Positions 25,863 to 32,000 of a DNA stretch of 32,000 nt are shown piece after piece (positions within the stretch are counted from its first letter, which is position 1; each line of letters begins with the position of its first letter). The position numbers and the translations under genes were made by a program. This DNA is from Raphidiopsis brookii D9. Its GTDB lineage: Bacteria; Cyanobacteriota; Cyanobacteriia; Cyanobacteriales; Nostocaceae. Under the pieces are notes generated by a model. That model saw only the letters and a list, made by a program, of their open reading frames with translations. It did no database searches and was not told where the DNA came from. Where the stretch lies: positions 60,001-92,000 of the forward strand of contig ACYB01000031.1 of the NCBI GenBank assembly GCA_000175855.1, read 5' to 3'.

Positions 25863-28562
25863 ATGAATAATATTTTTTCTACAATTCCCACCAATATTTT
25901 AAATCAACGATTTGTGGCTAATAAGTTGATTACTGCACCAGCGAAATTTATTCCCTTTGATCCTAAGGACATTAATAAATCTATAACTTCTAGGTTTGAA
26001 CAGCAAGTTAATAAATATCCTGATGCTATAGCTATTAAAACAACTTATGAAACTCTTACATATCATAAATTTAATCAACGAGCCAACCAATTAGCCAATG
26101 CTATTCTCTCTCAAAGAGGAGAGAAAGTAGAAGTAATTGCTTTGTTGCTGGAAAAAGGTCTGGATTTCATTACCAGTATCTTTGGTGCTTTAAAAACAGG
26201 CAAGATTATTGTACCTCTTGATTCTACATTTCCTGTTGATAGACTTGCTTATATTCTGGAAGATGCTCAAGCTGTTTTGCTTATTACCAATAATCAGAAT
26301 TTACCTTTAGCTCGTGAATTAGGGCATTATGGTTGTGAGATATTTAATATTGATGAAATTAGCAATCATATCTCTACGGAAAATCCCCACGTTCACATAG
26401 TACCGGAGAATCCAGCTTATATAATTTATACGAGTGGATCAACCGGTAAACCTAAAGGAGTAGTCCAAAGTCATGTCAATTCTTTGCACTACTGTATGAC
26501 TGATACAAATACCTTACTCGTCAGTCCAGAAGATAGGGTAATTTTTCTCTACTCATGCAGTACATTAGGTGGATTGTTATGTATTTTCTATACTTTGCTT
26601 AATGGTGCATCTCTATATTCCTATGATGTGAAAAAAGAGGGATTAAACAATTTAGTTCATTGGCTAGTTGCGGAAGAAATTACTATTTACCATTCATTTA
26701 CAACTCTGTTTCGTCATTTTGTTGATACCCTTACAGAGGATGTAAAATTTCCCAAAATTCGTTTAGTTAAATTAGGTGGAGAAGCAACTTTAATTAGAGA
26801 TGTAGAAAATTATAAACATTATTTTGCTGATGAATGTATTCTCTATGGAAGTTTAGGTGCTAGTGAAGCGGGAACTTTTAGGAATTTTCTAATTGATAAA
26901 ACTACGAAAATTCAAGGAAGCAATGTTCCCATGGGTTATGCAGTTGAAGGAATGGAAGTTGTACTCTTGAATGATACGGGTGCAGAAGTTAAAACTGGCA
27001 GTATTGGGGAAATTGCTATTCAAAGCAAGTATTTAGCTTTGGGTTATTGGCAAAAACCAGAACTAACAAAAGCTGTATTTACCTCAGATTTTCAAGATGG
27101 AGATGCAAAAATTTATCGCACTGGTGATTTGGGACTTATTCAGGGTGATGGTTGTTTAATTTATATGGGGAGAAAAGACTTTCAGGTAAAAATTAGAGGT
27201 TTCAGAATAGAAGTGACAGAAATTGAGATGGTACTTTTTCAAAGTGCTAATCTCAAGGAAGTTGTAGTTATAGCTCGTGAAGATATTCCTGGAGAAAAAC
27301 GGTTAGTAGCCTATGTTGTACCTAAATACCAACCTGGACCAACTACTCAAGAATTACGACAATGTTTGCAAGATCAACTACCAGAATACATGATACCTAG
27401 TGCTTTTGTATTTTTGGATGCCCTACCATTAACACCTAATGGAAAAACAGATAGACGAGCTTTACCCGCACCTGAATTGACAAAACCAAAAATAACAGCC
27501 AACTTTGAAGAACCTATTGATGATATAGAATATCAGCTAATACAAATATGGGAAGAATGTTTAGGTATTAAACCTATTCATAGACAAGATAACTTTTTTG
27601 AACTGGGTGGAAATTCCTTGTTAGCTGTGCGGATTTTTGCAATTATAGAACGGAAATTTGGACAGAAATTACCTTTAGCATTTTTGTTTCCTGTTGGAAC
27701 AGTAGCTGCGATCGCCCAGATTATTCGTCAAAATCAAGGTTTAGTTCATTCATCTTTGGTAGCAATTCAACCCCAAGGTTCTCAACCACCTTTGTTTTTA
27801 ATTCATTCTCTCGGTGGAGAATTACTATGTTATCGTCATTTAGCCATACATTTGGGGACTGAACAACCTGTTTATGGACTCCAATGTCAAGGACTAGATG
27901 GGGAAGAACCCCCTTTAGTGCGAGTGGAAGATATGGCTGCACATTATCTTCAAGAAATACGAACTGTTCAACCACAAGGACCTTATTTTCTGGGAGGATA
28001 TTCTTTTGGTGGAGTTGTTGCTTATGAAATGGCGCGACAATTGGAAAAACAAGGCGAAAAGGTGAGTTTTTTGGCTATGTTGGATACCTGTCGTACAGGG
28101 TATGCCCAACGTTTACCATTTGTGCAAAGAATTCCCTTGCATTTAAGGAATATTATTAAGGGTGGATCTAGATATTTGGTGAAGAAAGTTTTAGGTTGGA
28201 GTCAACATACTCAACATCGTCTCAAATATTATCTCCAGGTAGCAATTCAATTTGAGAAAAAGTTCTCAACTGCAAAAGATATAGACAAATATATAACAAC
28301 TATGGATGCTAATACCCAAGCTTTGCAGCACTATCAATTTCCTAGTTATTCAGGTAAAGTAATTTTATTCAGAACTGAGGATGAACATCGGGGTGATCAT
28401 GTAGGTACTAAATATGATCATCAATTTGGTTGGGGCGATATAGTTACAGGAGAATTAGATGTTTATCACATTCCTGGTTCTCATCTTTCCCTACTAAATG
28501 AACCTTATGTTAAAGTGCTAGCGGAAAAATTGCAGCAATCTCTCCAAGAAGTTCGACGCTGA
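25863..28562 (+). CDS. stand-alone NRPS-like enzyme: adenylation - thiolation (PCP) - thioesterase, no condensation domain
   Basis: A-domain cores YIIYTSGSTGKPKGV (A3), YRTGDLG (A7), GRKDFQVKIRGFRIE (A8), PLTPNGKTDRRAL (A10). PCP motif FFELGGNSLL (Ser codon 27615-27617). TE motifs GYSFGG (Ser codon 28002-28004) and IPGSHLSLL. ATG 25863 is preferred over TTG 25854. Confidence 0.85.
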   Translation: MNNIFSTIPTNILNQRFVANKLITAPAKFIPFDPKDINKSITSRFEQQVNKYPDAIAIKTTYETLTYHKFNQRANQLANAILSQRGEKVEVIALLLEKGLDFITSIFGALKTGKIIVPLDSTFPVDRLAYILEDAQAVLLITNNQNLPLARELGHYGCEIFNIDEISNHISTENPHVHIVPENPAYIIYTSGSTGKPKGVVQSHVNSLHYCMTDTNTLLVSPEDRVIFLYSCSTLGGLLCIFYTLLNGASLYSYDVKKEGLNNLVHWLVAEEITIYHSFTTLFRHFVDTLTEDVKFPKIRLVKLGGEATLIRDVENYKHYFADECILYGSLGASEAGTFRNFLIDKTTKIQGSNVPMGYAVEGMEVVLLNDTGAEVKTGSIGEIAIQSKYLALGYWQKPELTKAVFTSDFQDGDAKIYRTGDLGLIQGDGCLIYMGRKDFQVKIRGFRIEVTEIEMVLFQSANLKEVVVIAREDIPGEKRLVAYVVPKYQPGPTTQELRQCLQDQLPEYMIPSAFVFLDALPLTPNGKTDRRALPAPELTKPKITANFEEPIDDIEYQLIQIWEECLGIKPIHRQDNFFELGGNSLLAVRIFAIIERKFGQKLPLAFLFPVGTVAAIAQIIRQNQGLVHSSLVAIQPQGSQPPLFLIHSLGGELLCYRHLAIHLGTEQPVYGLQCQGLDGEEPPLVRVEDMAAHYLQEIRTVQPQGPYFLGGYSFGGVVAYEMARQLEKQGEKVSFLAMLDTCRTGYAQRLPFVQRIPLHLRNIIKGGSRYLVKKVLGWSQHTQHRLKYYLQVAIQFEKKFSTAKDIDKYITTMDANTQALQHYQFPSYSGKVILFRTEDEHRGDHVGTKYDHQFGWGDIVTGELDVYHIPGSHLSLLNEPYVKVLAEKLQQSLQEVRR

Positions 28563-28591
28563 AAAACTTGTTCCTCCCCAACAGTCCTTAA

Positions 28592-31335
<2,744 letters not shown>

Positions 31336-31493
31336 AATTCAATACTTAACTGGTTGAGCTGTTATGATTTAATTGTATTGCGATCGCACCCCAGTGTAAC
31401 GGAAGATATGCCAAAAATATACCAAGATCTCATACCCATTCGACTTTGTCAAATAGGAAGCGATTTACCACTCTTATTCCTCCCTTTGCTGTA

Positions 31494-32000
31494 ATGACAC
31501 ATCAAACCTCTGGTCACTGGCGTTTAGGACTAACCTTGTCTTTACTCACGGCATTTTTATGGGGAGTTTTACCAGTCGCTTTAAAAATGACTCTCCAGGT
31601 ATTAGATATATATACTATTGTCTGGTTTCGGTTCTCTTTAGCATTTGTACTTTTAGGAGCTTATTTGTTCACCCAAAAGAAGCTACCAACGCAACAACAA
31701 ATATTTTCTGCGCCTATCAAATTGTTAATTATTACCACTATTTTCCTGTGTAGTAATTATATACTATTCATGCAAGGTATAGCCTTAACCACTGCTAACA
31801 ATACAGAAGTTCTAATTCAACTCGCAGGCGTTTTATTCGGACTTGGAGGTTTGGTGGTTTTTAAAGAACGTTATACCCTATGGCAATGGTTGGGTATTAG
31901 TATCTTAACTTTCGGTTTTTTGTTATTTTTTAAATCCCAAATTAGCAATCTAATTACCAGTCAGGGACAATACCTCTTAGGTAGTGGGTTAGTAATATTA
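31494..32000 (+). CDS. EamA/DMT-family transporter, N-terminal part (runs off right edge)
   Basis: Own translation from ATG 31494: MTHQTSGHWRLGLTLSLLTAFLWGVLPVALKMTLQVLDIYTIVWFRFSLAFVLL... It stays open to 32000 and shows multiple TM helices with EamA-like LWG..P motifs. The track ORF 31559..31753 is a different, implausible frame. Confidence 0.7.
   Translation, partial: MTHQTSGHWRLGLTLSLLTAFLWGVLPVALKMTLQVLDIYTIVWFRFSLAFVLLGAYLFTQKKLPTQQQIFSAPIKLLIITTIFLCSNYILFMQGIALTTANNTEVLIQLAGVLFGLGGLVVFKERYTLWQWLGISILTFGFLLFFKSQISNLITSQGQYLLGSGLVIL

Noticed and set aside
31559-31753. Track ORF (64 aa, +) near the right edge
   Set aside because: It is out of frame with the longer EamA-like ORF that starts at 31494 and stays open to the window end. 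The EamA frame gives convincing TM helices.

Overview
AT-rich cyanobacterial chromosomal segment. Support for that call: at least nine HIP1 octamers GCGATCGC (260-267, 1413-1420, 7844-7851, 9388-9395, 19940-19947, 27708-27715, 29612-29619, 29766-29773, 31380-31387), the clock-output kinase sasA, and a ycf19/yggT gene. A Nostocales-like origin is inference only. The backbone is housekeeping: moaA, rpsD, sasA, an SLH-type lipoprotein, yggT, upp, murT-gatD, a thioredoxin-like photosystem-I-accumulation-factor-like gene, a GPH-type transporter, chrA, a glycerophosphodiesterase, ligA, a Uma2 nuclease and an EamA transporter. Between about 12.95 and 21.95 kb lies an accessory block. It holds an apparently intact IS1-family element, a roughly 6 kb repeat-rich exoprotein locus, a DUF433/DUF5615 toxin-antitoxin-like pair, and an orphan fragment of a second exoprotein N-terminus. 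Most noteworthy: (1) The exoprotein locus reads as one mosaic gene: N-terminal module, RCC1-like blades, Calx-beta, Ig-like, cadherin, Calx-beta, pancreatic-type lipase, RTX. It is now split by a 525-nt stretch of decayed repeat copies, and its 3' end is cut by the IS1 element, which has no target-site duplication. (2) An orphan NRPS-like A-T-TE enzyme sits between the glycerophosphodiesterase and ligA. It has no condensation domain and no obvious FDxS/Asp235 motif. (3) Several conserved genes are frame-damaged, almost always at mononucleotide runs: moaA has a compensated +1/-1 pair that overwrites the TTNG motif, sasA has a frameshift plus an in-frame TAG, and the PSI-factor-like gene has a C7 frameshift. 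This could be genuine gene decay or homopolymer sequencing error, and the two cannot be separated from this sequence alone. No rRNA, tRNA or CRISPR array was recognised.
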